Shown: positions 21,084 through 32,200 of the stretch, one piece after another
How positions within the stretch are numbered: position 1 is the stretch's first letter
Layout: every line of letters starts with the position of its first letter
Source of the DNA: Caldisericia bacterium
Lineage (GTDB): Bacteria > Caldisericota > Caldisericia > JAAYUI01
Reading direction: 5' to 3'
Assembly: GCA_963674785.1 (NCBI GenBank)
Contig: OY771555.1
Span: 1,920,001-1,984,000, forward strand
DNA: 64,000 bases
Program-made: the position numbers and the translations under genes
Notes under the pieces: generated by a model
Seen by the model: only the letters and a program-made list of their open reading frames with translations
Told to the model about the DNA's origin: nothing
The model's database searches: none

Positions 21084-22592
21084 CTAGGCTGATTTGACTT
21101 TGGCAGATTTCCATTTGCCTGATCGTAAAAATGTATAATTAACCATAAGCTGGATTAGACCAGTAATTATCCCTGATAAGAAAATCCACTCGTATCCGAG
21201 CTTCAAATAAACAATAGTTATAACCATAATTGGCAGATTAAGTAACCAGTGTATCAATTGATCAGAAAGTGCTGGCCACATTGTATATCCTGAGCCCTCA
21301 AAGGCAGAAGTAATCATCCACTTTACACCCATGATTAGGTTTTGAGTCATTGCAAGACCGAGTAACATCGACCCAAGCCTTATGACTTCACTATCTTTAT
21401 TGAAAATATAAAATATTGGACCACCAAACAGATAACCAACGATCATCATCGAACCACACAAAACAACCGCAATCAGAACAGTGTACCATACTGTTTTTTC
21501 AGCTCTTTTTGTTGCCCTTGCACCGATATTTTGACCAACCAGTGAACCAGCAGATTGTTGCAATCCAAGAAGTGGCATATTCACAAGCCCCATCAACCTC
21601 ATTCCGATTCCAAATGCTGCAAGTAATGCTGGGTTATTGTATGTCGAGATGATATTCATAAAGATCATTCCTGAACCCGTATTTGCAAGATTCGATAACG
21701 CTGGTGTAATTCCAATCCTCATCATATTGAAAAGCATCGGAAAATCTGGTCTCAATAATCCCATCAAGTTTATCTTTATTCCTCTTTTCACAAGAGCAAT
21801 TTTGAAATATGGAATCCTAACGATATATCTTACGAATCCATCTTTGTTTCTTTTAGGGAACATCAATCTAACAGCTCTTATAAATACAAGCTTTTTCCCA
21901 GTTGAGAGGAGTGATAAACCTAAAATAAAGGCAGTCATTTGAGCGATAACTGTTGCAATTGCAGCACCAGGAACACCCATTTTTGGGATTGGACCAATTC
22001 CAAGTATCATGAACGGATCGAGGATGATATTGACAATCATCGCAAGGATTGTCAAAAACATACTGGTTTCAGCATCTGATGTACATCTGAAAATCGTATT
22101 GAAAGTGAAATACGTGAAATAGAATGGAATTGCAAGCACAATGATTGTTCCATAGTTCATTGCAATACTCATCATCGAATAGCCAGTTTCAGGGTTTATG
22201 ACAGTATCTGCGCCTGCGAGTCCAAGAAAAACTCGAAGCAATGCCAACCCCAAAATCGCACCGATTACACCAAAGACAAACTTAAACAAAATAGTCTGCT
22301 CAGCTGCCCAAGCAGCCTTTTTGTAGTCCTTTTCTCCCCAATATCTAGAAATGATTGAAACAGAACTCAATCCAAACAGGTTGTTGAAGATAAACATAAA
22401 GGAAAACACAACACCAAAAACAACAAGTGCGGCCTGAGACTGAACAGCAAATGCGCCACCAAGTAAACCAATCCAGATAAGATCGATGATATCGTGAATG
22501 TTTTCAAAAAGTCTTCCAGTTATTCCTGGCCAGGCGAGAGCAATAAGATTTTTAAAAATACTTCCTTTTGTATAATCTCTATCAGTTTCCAT
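21084..22592 (-). CDS. MATE family efflux transporter
   Basis: TKGSIFKNLIALAWP, NIILDPFMI, MGVPGAAIATVIAQ, GQNIGA, SGKWK. Confidence 0.92.
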   Translation of the reverse strand: METDRDYTKGSIFKNLIALAWPGITGRLFENIHDIIDLIWIGLLGGAFAVQSQAALVVFGVVFSFMFIFNNLFGLSSVSIISRYWGEKDYKKAAWAAEQTILFKFVFGVIGAILGLALLRVFLGLAGADTVINPETGYSMMSIAMNYGTIIVLAIPFYFTYFTFNTIFRCTSDAETSMFLTILAMIVNIILDPFMILGIGPIPKMGVPGAAIATVIAQMTAFILGLSLLSTGKKLVFIRAVRLMFPKRNKDGFVRYIVRIPYFKIALVKRGIKINLMGLLRPDFPMLFNMMRIGITPALSNLANTGSGMIFMNIISTYNNPALLAAFGIGMRLMGLVNMPLLGLQQSAGSLVGQNIGARATKRAEKTVWYTVLIAVVLCGSMMIVGYLFGGPIFYIFNKDSEVIRLGSMLLGLAMTQNLIMGVKWMITSAFEGSGYTMWPALSDQLIHWLLNLPIMVITIVYLKLGYEWIFLSGIITGLIQLMVNYTFLRSGKWKSAKVKSA

Positions 22593-22692
22593 AGTTGAGG
22601 ACTTATATTCATTAAGGAAACCATATTTTCAAGTGCTCATGCTTAATGAAAAATAATTAGCAATGAGATGAAAAAGCATTTATAATGACAAC

Positions 22693-23046
22693 ATGCACGA
22701 ATTGGGAATAGCTAATCAAGTCTTTGAACTTCTTGAAAAGGAAGCAAAAGAAAGAGGGGCAAGAGTTTCTGGGGTAAAGCTTACCATCGGAAGAATGTCA
22801 GGAATAATGCCAGATTCTCTAGTTTTTTTACTTCAAACAATCTCAAAAGATACCATATGCGATGGATTAAACATCGAATTTGAAATAGTTGACCCAGAAT
22901 TCAAATGCAATAATTGTGGAAACATATTTACTGCAAAAGAATATGATTTCACATGCCCAAAATGTAAAAATGGTGATTGTGAAATGATAACGGGATCAGA
23001 CCTAATCGTTGAAAAAATACACTTGGAGCTTGCTGATGAAAATTGA
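22693..23046 (+). CDS. hypA: Nickel metallochaperone HypA
   Basis: MHE N-terminus, CNNC and CPKC. Confidence 0.95.
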   Translation: MHELGIANQVFELLEKEAKERGARVSGVKLTIGRMSGIMPDSLVFLLQTISKDTICDGLNIEFEIVDPEFKCNNCGNIFTAKEYDFTCPKCKNGDCEMITGSDLIVEKIHLELADEN

Positions 23047-23707
23047 TATTAACAAAAAAGTTGACTTTACAACCGAAGAGGTTGCAGGAGAACTGAAAGA
23101 ACTATTTTATTCCAAAAGTATTCTTGTACTAAATATGATCAGTTCACCTGGATCAGGAAAGACATCGTTACTTGAAAAGACATTGTCAAGATTCAGAAGC
23201 GAGTACCGACTTGCAGTCGTTGAGGGAGACCCAGCAACAAATCGCGATGCAAGAAGACTAGAAAAATTGCATGTTCCTGTGTCCCTTATAAACACGGCAG
23301 GAACAGGCTCCTCATGTCATTTGACCGTAAGCCAAGTTGTAGAGGCAATAAAAAGCTTACCACTTGATGATCTAGACATAATATTTATTGAAAATGTCGG
23401 CAACCTCGTTTGCCCTGCAGCCTACCAACTTGGTGAACATGCAAAAGTATTGCTATTCTCAATCCCAGAAGGGGATGACAAAGCTGCGAAGTACCCACTT
23501 GCATTCAGGGTCTCAGATAGCGTACTCATAAACAAACTCGACCTCTTGCCTTACTGCAACTTTTCAGTTGATGCATTTAAAGAAGATGCCTTAAAGATAA
23601 ATCCAAAACTTGAAATCCTTTCTTTCTCTATCAAAACAGGTGAAGGATTATCAACTTGGTTTGATTGGATTGAAAAAAACCTAGAAAAAATAAGAAACAA
23701 AAAATAA
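23036..23707 (+). CDS. hypB: Nickel incorporation GTPase HypB
   Basis: SSPGSGKT, CHL, ENVGNLVCPA, EGDDK, NKLD. Start placed at MKIDINK. Confidence 0.95.
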   Translation: MKIDINKKVDFTTEEVAGELKELFYSKSILVLNMISSPGSGKTSLLEKTLSRFRSEYRLAVVEGDPATNRDARRLEKLHVPVSLINTAGTGSSCHLTVSQVVEAIKSLPLDDLDIIFIENVGNLVCPAAYQLGEHAKVLLFSIPEGDDKAAKYPLAFRVSDSVLINKLDLLPYCNFSVDAFKEDALKINPKLEILSFSIKTGEGLSTWFDWIEKNLEKIRNKK

Positions 23708-23784
23708 ACCAAAAGTGTTCTTTGAGTTTTTACCTCCATTGTGATATGATTGGTGAATCTATTTCATAATGGAGGCATGTCGAT

Positions 23785-23892
23785 ATGCTCGGATTCGGTG
23801 ATTTTGTTACCTTCCTTGGTTACACACTAACTGTTCTTGTGACTATTGTTTGTATTGTTGTTGGTATTGCTTTGTGGAACAAGGAGGTGTAA
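23785..23892 (+). CDS. Symporter small accessory protein (35 aa)
   Basis: MLGFGDFVTFLGYTLTVLVTIVCIVVGIALWNKEV*; GGAGG SD at 23771; ends 3 nt before the SSS gene. Below the ORF-track cutoff. Confidence 0.85.
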   Translation: MLGFGDFVTFLGYTLTVLVTIVCIVVGIALWNKEV

Positions 23893-23895
23893 CAC

Positions 23896-25491
23896 ATGAA
23901 CGTTAATCTTTCAACATTTATTCCAATTCTCATTGGTTTCCTAGGGGTTCTTGGATATCTTGCATGGCTTGGATATAAACGAACGACATCCGCAAAGGAT
24001 TATCTTGTTGCTGGTGGAAGCGTTAACCCATATATGATGGCACTATCCTATGGTGCTGCATTCATCTCCACATCGGCAATCGTTGGTTTTGGTGGAATGG
24101 CTGGAAAACATGGTTTTCAAATGATGTGGGTTGTTTTTGCAAACATCGGAGTAGGAATTTTTATTGCATACCTTGTGTTTGGAAAACGAATGAGACAGAT
24201 GGGAAGTAATCTTGGCTCCCATACATTCTCTGAGTTTCTTGGAAAAAGATTCAAGTCCAAATTCTCACAGTGGTTCTCTGGAATTGTAATCTTCATCTTT
24301 ATGCCACTTTACGCCGCCGCCGTTATGCGTGGTGCTGCTGAGTTTATGGTGCCAATCTTTGGGATAGACATTAAGTGGCTTGCAATGATCTATATCATCA
24401 TTGTCGCTATCTATGTCATCACAGGTGGACTCAAAGGTGTCATCTACTCAGATTCATTCCTTGGCTCAATCATGCTTGTCAGTATGATCGCGCTTATCAT
24501 TTTTGTTTACACAAAGCTCGGTGGAATAACTTCAGCCCATCAGCAACTTACTGATCTAGCACATCTTGTTCCTCAAGGATTGAAAGCAGGTGGCCACACA
24601 GGCTGGACATCATTCTCAGTTTTTAACTCAGAGATCTGGTGGCTCATTGTTTCGACACTCACCATGGGTGTTGGGATTGGTGTGCTTTCTCAGCCACAGC
24701 TTCTCGTAAGATTTATGACGGTCAAAAAGAATAAAGACCTCAATCGTGCAATGGTTGTTGGTGCAATATTCATACTCATCGTTGTTGGCGGTGCTTATAT
24801 AACCGGTGCATTATCAAACGTTTTTTTCTACAACGATCTTGGGAAAATAACCGTTGATGTTGTTGCAAATACAAACATTGACCAGGTTATTCCAAGCTTC
24901 ATCACCGCCTACATGCCACAGTGGTTTGTTTATGTATTCCTTCTGACCCTTATTTCTGCTGGTATTTCAACATCGTCAGCACAGTTCCATACAATCGGAA
25001 CCGCCCTTGGAAAAGATGTTATTGAAGACAACATCACAAAAGATCCAAAGAAAAAAGTTAACACCCTGCTTTGGAAAAGAATTGGTATCGCCATAGCAAT
25101 CGTGTTCACATTTACCCTTGGAATCTATGTATTCCCACCAGGAATCGTTGCCAAAGGAACCGCGTTCTTCTTTGCGATAGCTGCAGCTGCCTTCCTTGCA
25201 CCAACAATTGGTGCACTTTTCTGGAGGGGAACTACAAAAGCTGGTGCAAACTGGTCGATGATTTCGGGACTTGTTGTTTCAATTGGATGGGTACTTGTTT
25301 TCAATGGTAGCACACTAAAGATTAAATCACTCTTTGATATTGCACCATGGAAATACATTGAACCAGGAATCGTTGGTCTCATTGTTTCAATAATTGTTCT
25401 TTTTGTGGTCTCAATATATACCAAAAAAATGGATCAAGATCACGTTGATTCATGCTTCGCAAAACAAACCGTGGAGCAACTGGAAGCCTAG
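23896..25491 (+). CDS. Sodium:solute symporter family protein
   Basis: DYLVAG, FISTSAIVGFGG, GGLKGV, PQLLVRFM, about 13 TM segments. Confidence 0.93.
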   Translation: MNVNLSTFIPILIGFLGVLGYLAWLGYKRTTSAKDYLVAGGSVNPYMMALSYGAAFISTSAIVGFGGMAGKHGFQMMWVVFANIGVGIFIAYLVFGKRMRQMGSNLGSHTFSEFLGKRFKSKFSQWFSGIVIFIFMPLYAAAVMRGAAEFMVPIFGIDIKWLAMIYIIIVAIYVITGGLKGVIYSDSFLGSIMLVSMIALIIFVYTKLGGITSAHQQLTDLAHLVPQGLKAGGHTGWTSFSVFNSEIWWLIVSTLTMGVGIGVLSQPQLLVRFMTVKKNKDLNRAMVVGAIFILIVVGGAYITGALSNVFFYNDLGKITVDVVANTNIDQVIPSFITAYMPQWFVYVFLLTLISAGISTSSAQFHTIGTALGKDVIEDNITKDPKKKVNTLLWKRIGIAIAIVFTFTLGIYVFPPGIVAKGTAFFFAIAAAAFLAPTIGALFWRGTTKAGANWSMISGLVVSIGWVLVFNGSTLKIKSLFDIAPWKYIEPGIVGLIVSIIVLFVVSIYTKKMDQDHVDSCFAKQTVEQLEA

Positions 25492-27680
25492 AACTCCCAA
25501 TCAATAATTATATCTCTTGATGAGGAAATCCACCTTACGGATGCCCCAAGAGACTCCGCAATAGACCTAAAGGGGACGAGTGTTCGTCCCCTTTCTATTA
25601 TTGGGTAGGTATCAATCTCAACCCTCTCTCCGTTAAATTCAGCGTAGTTTTTATATGCCCAGTAGAGGAGAGTTTTTTCATCTTTTTCAATTGTAACTTT
25701 CTTTGTTTCCTGTTCCCAAAAAACATCGCACCCAAAGGTTTCTGCTACAAACCTTATTGGGACAAGCGTCCTTCCTTCTACAATTCTTGATGGAACGTCA
25801 AGTCTGATCGGCTCTCCATTAACCAAAACATCAACTGAATTTGGTTTCATCTCAATCCTAATCCTTGGGTCAGTTGTAAACTCAAGCATTCTTGTCGAAT
25901 ACCAGATTTCCATCATTTTCTCGTTTGGAGACGGACAAGTATCGCACCACACCTTGATCGGAATACTAAAATATGATCCACCTGAAAGCTTCATGCAGTC
26001 AAATTCAATTCTGTATGTTGCGAGTCCATTCTCCTGGGGAATCGATGTCTTCTCTGGAGAGATACCACCAAAACCTTCATGCTCAAGCCAAATCACCCGA
26101 TCGACTCCATCAGTGGATACAATTTGGATTTCAAAACTCCCAACCTCAGTTCGCTTAAAATACGGAATATCTTGTGGAACAACCTGAATATCATAACACG
26201 GAGAACATGTTACACATTCGTCAGTCCAGTCTAGTATGTTGAATGTAAACGTCTCAAAAACCATCTGATCAATTCCTGACTCTTCATATTCCCCTTCCCC
26301 CCGAAAAATTGGTTCAGTCGTGTTTACAAAAACCCTGAAATCATTCTCGCCGTAGCAAAATGCGGGGTCAGAAAAATCAATCGTCATTGTGTACTTATAA
26401 ACCCTTCGATTGCCTTGATAATAAACATCAGTATTCCTGAATAATACTGCCTTACAACGTTTTCCAGCCTCAAATGGTCTTCCGAGCACCGCCCCAGGTC
26501 GGACCCTTCCATCATCTCTTCCAGTAACAATCTCAAGATCAAAACTTTGATAACCATCGCTTGTATAGAAGTCTCCAAGGTTTTTATTTTCGGGAAGAAT
26601 TGTTACGTATCCACACTCCTCCCAGGTTTGGAGATACCCATCAGAAGTCAACATATAAATTTTCTGGTCAAGAATAAGTAACTCACCTCGAACAGAGTTA
26701 ATGAGTCTTCTTTTCCAGATAACCTCTCCAGTTAGGTCAATGCCAACAAAATCCTTGTTTCGATCCACAAAATACACAGCTTCCCCATTTGTCGATAATG
26801 GAGCGGAGATTGGAGCAAAAGAAGAGTTTTGAACAACAATCCGCCCATCCTTTTTACCTATAAAACTCACAGTTCCAGAGTCATCTGCAACAACGAAGAA
26901 ATTATCGGCAAGCACACCTCTTGAGTGGATTACTCCTGGAACTGCTGTGTTCCAAACTATCTCCCCCGTAATTGCATTAATCTTATAGACAAATCCATTG
27001 AGTGAGCCAACATAAAGATAAAAGCCATCCAAAATAGGTTCAGCTTCTAAGAGCCCATCGCAAGAAGCCTCCCAAAGAACATTCCCAGAATATTTATTTA
27101 GACAATAAATCTTGTCATCGTCCCCACCAAAAATCACCCTTTCAGCAATAATACAAGGGGTACTCCAGATTGGGGTTTTTGTTCGATACTCAAAAATCAC
27201 CGAACCATCATCAAAATTCAGACAATAAAAACTCTCGTCTGCTGATCCAAAGTATATCATGCCGTCGCTATATACAGGCTTTCCGATAATTGCATTCCGA
27301 ACCCGGTTCTTCCAGACAATACTACCTGATTCAATATTCACTTTTGCAATTGTTCCAACTTTTGTTCCAATGATCGCATACGAATCAACGATTATTGGTG
27401 ATGAGTTTATATCGGTTCCATCAATTAAAACTTCCATCCATATATTTCCACCCACCATATACTGCAACTGCCCATTGGCATTTCCAAACACAAATCCTGA
27501 TTTATAAGGAACTGGTGCAAACTTTGACAAATAATCTGAATGAATATTATGACTAGTAACCATCTTAAAGGGTGGCGATGGAGCAACAGGATAATCATTA
27601 TCCGCATAAACAAGATTGTTTCCAACAATCGGTATACATACTAATAAAACACAAATAATTATTCTTACTACATTCTTCAC
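25488..27680 (-). CDS. Secreted PQQ-like beta-propeller protein with C-terminal stalk domain
   Basis: Signal peptide from GTG 27680, PQQ-like repeats, GRTLVPIRFVAE and GRTLVPFRSIAE. Confidence 0.8.
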   Translation of the reverse strand: MKNVVRIIICVLLVCIPIVGNNLVYADNDYPVAPSPPFKMVTSHNIHSDYLSKFAPVPYKSGFVFGNANGQLQYMVGGNIWMEVLIDGTDINSSPIIVDSYAIIGTKVGTIAKVNIESGSIVWKNRVRNAIIGKPVYSDGMIYFGSADESFYCLNFDDGSVIFEYRTKTPIWSTPCIIAERVIFGGDDDKIYCLNKYSGNVLWEASCDGLLEAEPILDGFYLYVGSLNGFVYKINAITGEIVWNTAVPGVIHSRGVLADNFFVVADDSGTVSFIGKKDGRIVVQNSSFAPISAPLSTNGEAVYFVDRNKDFVGIDLTGEVIWKRRLINSVRGELLILDQKIYMLTSDGYLQTWEECGYVTILPENKNLGDFYTSDGYQSFDLEIVTGRDDGRVRPGAVLGRPFEAGKRCKAVLFRNTDVYYQGNRRVYKYTMTIDFSDPAFCYGENDFRVFVNTTEPIFRGEGEYEESGIDQMVFETFTFNILDWTDECVTCSPCYDIQVVPQDIPYFKRTEVGSFEIQIVSTDGVDRVIWLEHEGFGGISPEKTSIPQENGLATYRIEFDCMKLSGGSYFSIPIKVWCDTCPSPNEKMMEIWYSTRMLEFTTDPRIRIEMKPNSVDVLVNGEPIRLDVPSRIVEGRTLVPIRFVAETFGCDVFWEQETKKVTIEKDEKTLLYWAYKNYAEFNGERVEIDTYPIIERGRTLVPFRSIAESLGASVRWISSSRDIIIDWEF

Positions 27681-27732
27681 AACACTAATATATTTTTGGA
27701 ATAAAAAGGGTTCTATCTGAAAAGAAACCACA

Positions 27733-27761
27733 TTGACAAGCTATCTACTATTATATATAGT
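27733..27761 (+). promoter_or_regulatory. Near-consensus promoter pointing through tRNA-Leu (antisense) toward eno
   Basis: TTGACA-17 nt-TATAGT. Confidence 0.6.
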
Positions 27762-27787
27762 ACATTTTGAAGCACATTGAAAAGGAA

Positions 27788-27874
27788 TGGTGCCGAAGAA
27801 GGGACTCGAACCCCCACCCAGTTGCCCGGACATGGACCTGAACCATGCGCGTCTACCAATTCCGCCACTTCGGC
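27788..27874 (-). tRNA. tRNA-Leu(CAG)
   Basis: GCCGAAGTGGCGGAATTGGTAGACGCGCATGGTTCAGGTCCATG...GGTTCGAGTCC...ACCA. Confidence 0.96.
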
Positions 27875-27999
27875 ACAAAAAACCATGCATCAACTAAATC
27901 AACGGACTCGATTTAGCCAGAATGCTAGGTAGTATATAGCTGAAATGCTGGTATACGTCAAGGAGAACAAAAAAACATGCCAGTTGAAAAAGGAGAGTT

Positions 28000-29247
28000 A
28001 TGAGTAGGATTGAAGATATTTTTGCAAGACAGATTATTGATTCACGTGGCAACCCAACAATAGAAGTAGATGTTCGAACAGATGATGATTTCTTTGGAAG
28101 AGCTGCTGTTCCCTCAGGAGCATCAACAGGAATCAGAGAAGCTTTAGAACTTAGGGATGGAAACCCAAATTTCTTCCTTGGAAAATCTGTAGAACAAGCA
28201 ATCAATAATATCAATGAAACCATCAACAATGAGCTTTTTGATGTCAACGTTTTAGACCAGGTTGAAATCGACAACATCATGCTTCAGCTTGATGGAACTG
28301 ATAACAAAAAGAAACTGGGTGCAAACGCTATACTTGCTGTCTCAATGGCTGCCGCTAGAGCGGCCGCAAACTCACTTGATATTCCGCTTTACAGATACCT
28401 TGGAGGTCCAATCGCAAGAAGGCTTCCTGTTCCAATGATGAATGTAATAAACGGTGGAGCTCATGCAGACAACAATCTTGACCTCCAGGAATTCATGATT
28501 TTCCCATCAGGAGCAAGTTCCTTCTCAGAAGGACTTCGAATGGGAATTGAAATCTATCACACATTAAAAAAACTTTTAAAAGAAAAAGGACTTTCTACAG
28601 CCGTTGGTGATGAAGGTGGATTTGCCCCAAACCTCAAGAGTCACGAGGAAGCATTCCAACTTCTAATCAATGCAATTGAAAAAGCAGGATATAAGCCCGG
28701 TGAAGATTGTAATCTAACAATAGACGCAGCATCATCTGAGATTTGGGAGGATGGAAAATACAAATTTGAAGGGGATATGGTAACGTCATACGATCTGAAT
28801 GCCTGGTATGAAAAGATGATTGCAAAATACCCAATTGTCTCCATTGAGGATGGAATGGCAGAACAAGACCATGATGGTTGGAAACTCCATACAAAATCAC
28901 TGAAAGATAAGATTCAGATTGTTGGGGATGATCTTTTTGTCACAAATCCATCTATTTTTGCCCAGGGAATCAAAGATGGATTGGCAAACTCAATACTAAT
29001 TAAACTAAATCAGGTTGGCAGTGTCAAAGAGACATGGGAAGCGATTAGGATGGCCAAAGATAATGGTTATTCATACGTAATATCCCATCGTTCGGGTGAG
29101 ACTGCAGATAGTTTTATCTCGCACCTAGCGGTTGCATCAGAAAGTGGACAGATAAAAACTGGTGCACCAGCAAGAACTGAACGAGTTGAAAAATACAACG
29201 AACTATTAAGGATTGAAGAAGAACTTGGTGAAAACGCAATTTACTAA
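28000..29247 (+). CDS. eno: Enolase
   Basis: [39 protein letters not shown]. Confidence 0.99.
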   Translation: MSRIEDIFARQIIDSRGNPTIEVDVRTDDDFFGRAAVPSGASTGIREALELRDGNPNFFLGKSVEQAINNINETINNELFDVNVLDQVEIDNIMLQLDGTDNKKKLGANAILAVSMAAARAAANSLDIPLYRYLGGPIARRLPVPMMNVINGGAHADNNLDLQEFMIFPSGASSFSEGLRMGIEIYHTLKKLLKEKGLSTAVGDEGGFAPNLKSHEEAFQLLINAIEKAGYKPGEDCNLTIDAASSEIWEDGKYKFEGDMVTSYDLNAWYEKMIAKYPIVSIEDGMAEQDHDGWKLHTKSLKDKIQIVGDDLFVTNPSIFAQGIKDGLANSILIKLNQVGSVKETWEAIRMAKDNGYSYVISHRSGETADSFISHLAVASESGQIKTGAPARTERVEKYNELLRIEEELGENAIY

Positions 29248-29268
29248 AGAATTGCTCAAGGAGGAAAA

Positions 29269-32200
29269 ATGAAAAGATTTGTTATTTTTGCTGTTGTGTT
29301 GGCTTTGATTATCCCAATGCTTTCAGCATCAGCACTCACAAAAACTGAGTGGCCAAACATGTTGAAAGATCCCGCACATACAAACTATCAGCCTGATGCA
29401 AACATCCCAGACGCAATGCAGCGAAACTGGGTATATTATCTTGATGAAGGTTCAACCCTTTCCCATGTTGCAGTTGGAGACAACATCTACTTCGGTAACT
29501 CAACAGGTGATATTATTTGCCTCAACCAAGAAACTGGAGAAGAGGTTTGGAAATACGAACTTGGTGTAAAAGGGACATCCTCAGTTGGTGTAACAAAGGG
29601 AAAACTCTGTTTTATGTGTTCAGTTGACAACAGAGAACCTGTTGAAGATGAAGGTGGAGCTCCTGGTGAAGGTGGCGGAAGACCTGGTGGTGGGGGTGGA
29701 AGACCCGGCGGAGGTCACCCAATGAGCTTGATCTCACCATCCATTACTACAGAAGAAAAAACCAATGCAATAATTGGGGTGCTTTCTCTTGAAGATGGTT
29801 CTGAACTCCACAAGGAAGCAATCATGGCTCCCACATCAATCACAGGCGGATTGATTTCGGACAACTATGTGTACCTTATTTATATAACATCTAACCCAGA
29901 GGCAACGGAAACCCCACCATCAAAACTGGTGTGTATGAATCCTGAAGACATGAGTGAGGTTTGGAGCTTAGATTATGATTTAACAATCGCAAGCATCATC
30001 ACTGAGGGCGATGGCAAGCTTTTCACATCAGCATCAAAAGTAAAATATGATGCAGCAAACCCAATGAACAGTGAAATCCTTGAGTCAAAACTTGTATCAT
30101 TCACAACATCTGGTGAAATTGCATGGGAAAAAAATCTTGGAAAAAACGAAAGCACTGGAATGATTTCATATGCAAATGGAGTCATATATTTCCCACTATT
30201 AGTCAGACCAGAAAGTTCCGAAGCAATCGGAATGCGCCAGAGACCATCTTCATTTATTGCTGCTGCTGATGCTAAAAGCGGTGAGGAAAAGTGGAGATTC
30301 GGATTAAAAGAAATCAATTACAATGATGAAGTAATCACCGATATGGCTTATTACGGTGCCCCTGCTATCACAAGCTTCGGACTCATTGTTCAGTGCGTAA
30401 TCAACCACACACTCTGTCTGTCCTTCGATGGTACTCTCAGATGGGTAAATGAGACACCTGGGGGAATGGCCTTTACCGGTATTCAGATTTCATGCACAAA
30501 AGATAAGGTTATAAGTACCCGTGGAAGCAAATTCTCAATTGCAAAAGGTTCATCTGGAGAGATTCTTTTTGTTGATGATATGAAAATGAGTGGCGGTGGA
30601 CTTGGTGCAATGATATCTGGAAACATGATCTTCCCAATTCCAATCATCGCAAATGACAAGGTTTTTGTCTGTGGCGACAGGATTATTTGTTACGGTGAAA
30701 AAGTTATTGGTCTCTATTCAGATCCAGCCAATGTCACATTAGATATTTACCCAGATGAAGAAAAAATAAGAAAAGTCAGGGTTTTCTACAACGACACAGG
30801 TGAAATCGACGGAACTCTCGAAGCAAAAGCAGATTGGATAAAGCTTTCATCAACAGAATACAAAACACTTTCTCAGGTTTACGATGTCACTCTTTCAGCA
30901 GCTGGATTTGAAGTCGGAAAATATGAATCAACAATCGAAGTAAAATCAACCGTTGGTGATTTATCTATTCCAGTCATTATGAACGTTGTTCCAAAACCAC
31001 CAATCAAACTTGAAATAAACCTTGATGATGAAACAATCACAAATCAGAATCCATTCCCAGTTGATGGTGTCACAAAACCAGGCGCAACTCTCACTGCAAA
31101 CGGCAGACCCATACAGGTCAAATCAGACGGAACATTCAGTGATGAAATCCCAATCAAAGAGGGCACAAACGAACTAATGTTCCACGCTGAAGATGGCGAC
31201 GGAAACATCGCAGACATAACAAAAATTGTTGTGCTTGATGACAAAAAACCAACAATCAGAGTCAACATTGCTGATGGACAGAAGGTTCTTTCACTTCCAT
31301 TTGAATTCTACGGAAGCACGGAGCCAGGCTCGAAACTCCTTGTAAATGATGAACCAGTTGAAGTAAAAAGCAACGGTGAGTTCACAGTTGTTATCGATGG
31401 AGTTGAAAACGGTGAGTATGTTGTTGAGATGGTCGCAAAAGATGTCGCTGGTAACACATTCAAACTGGAAAGAACAATCACAATTGACGCGTCCGAACTC
31501 GAGCTCGAGTTAACCCTTCCAACGCCAGGAATGGATGGCTCAAACCAGACCACATATAAACTTAAAGGTAAATCCACCCCAATGGTTTATATTATTGCAA
31601 GTATCGATGGCAAACCTGTTGGTCAGGGAATGGCAGGTGCCGATGGAACATTTGAAATAGATTTGACACTTGAAGGAGACGGTCAATACAAAGTTTCAGT
31701 TGTTGCAAGAGATATGCAGAGCGGAAAGATGTCAAATCCAGTTGAGTTTATGTTGTTAGTTGATTCCACTCCACCAACCCTTGAGGTTGAAATTCCAGAG
31801 ATCGTAAGCAGTGAAAAGCTAACTGTCACTGGAAAAACCGAACCAATGACCGCGGTATTTATCGATGATAACAAGGTTGCAGTTGGAATGGATGGAACTT
31901 TCACTTACGACATCACACTCAAAAAGGGAATCAATTCCATAACAATCAAAGCAATCGACATGGTTGGCAACGAAACAATTGTGGAAAAATATGTCAAACT
32001 CACTGACGAAGTTGCAACAACAAGACTCAAGCTTTGGGTAAACACTGCAAAATTTGTCATCAATGACAAACAGGTTGATGACCTTGACCCAATGCCAACA
32101 ACAAAATCTCCGCCACTTCCAGAGGCTCTCGCTGGAAACTCATACATGCCAGTAAGAGCGATCTTTGAGGCACTCGGTGCAACAGTCGGTTGGGATGGGG

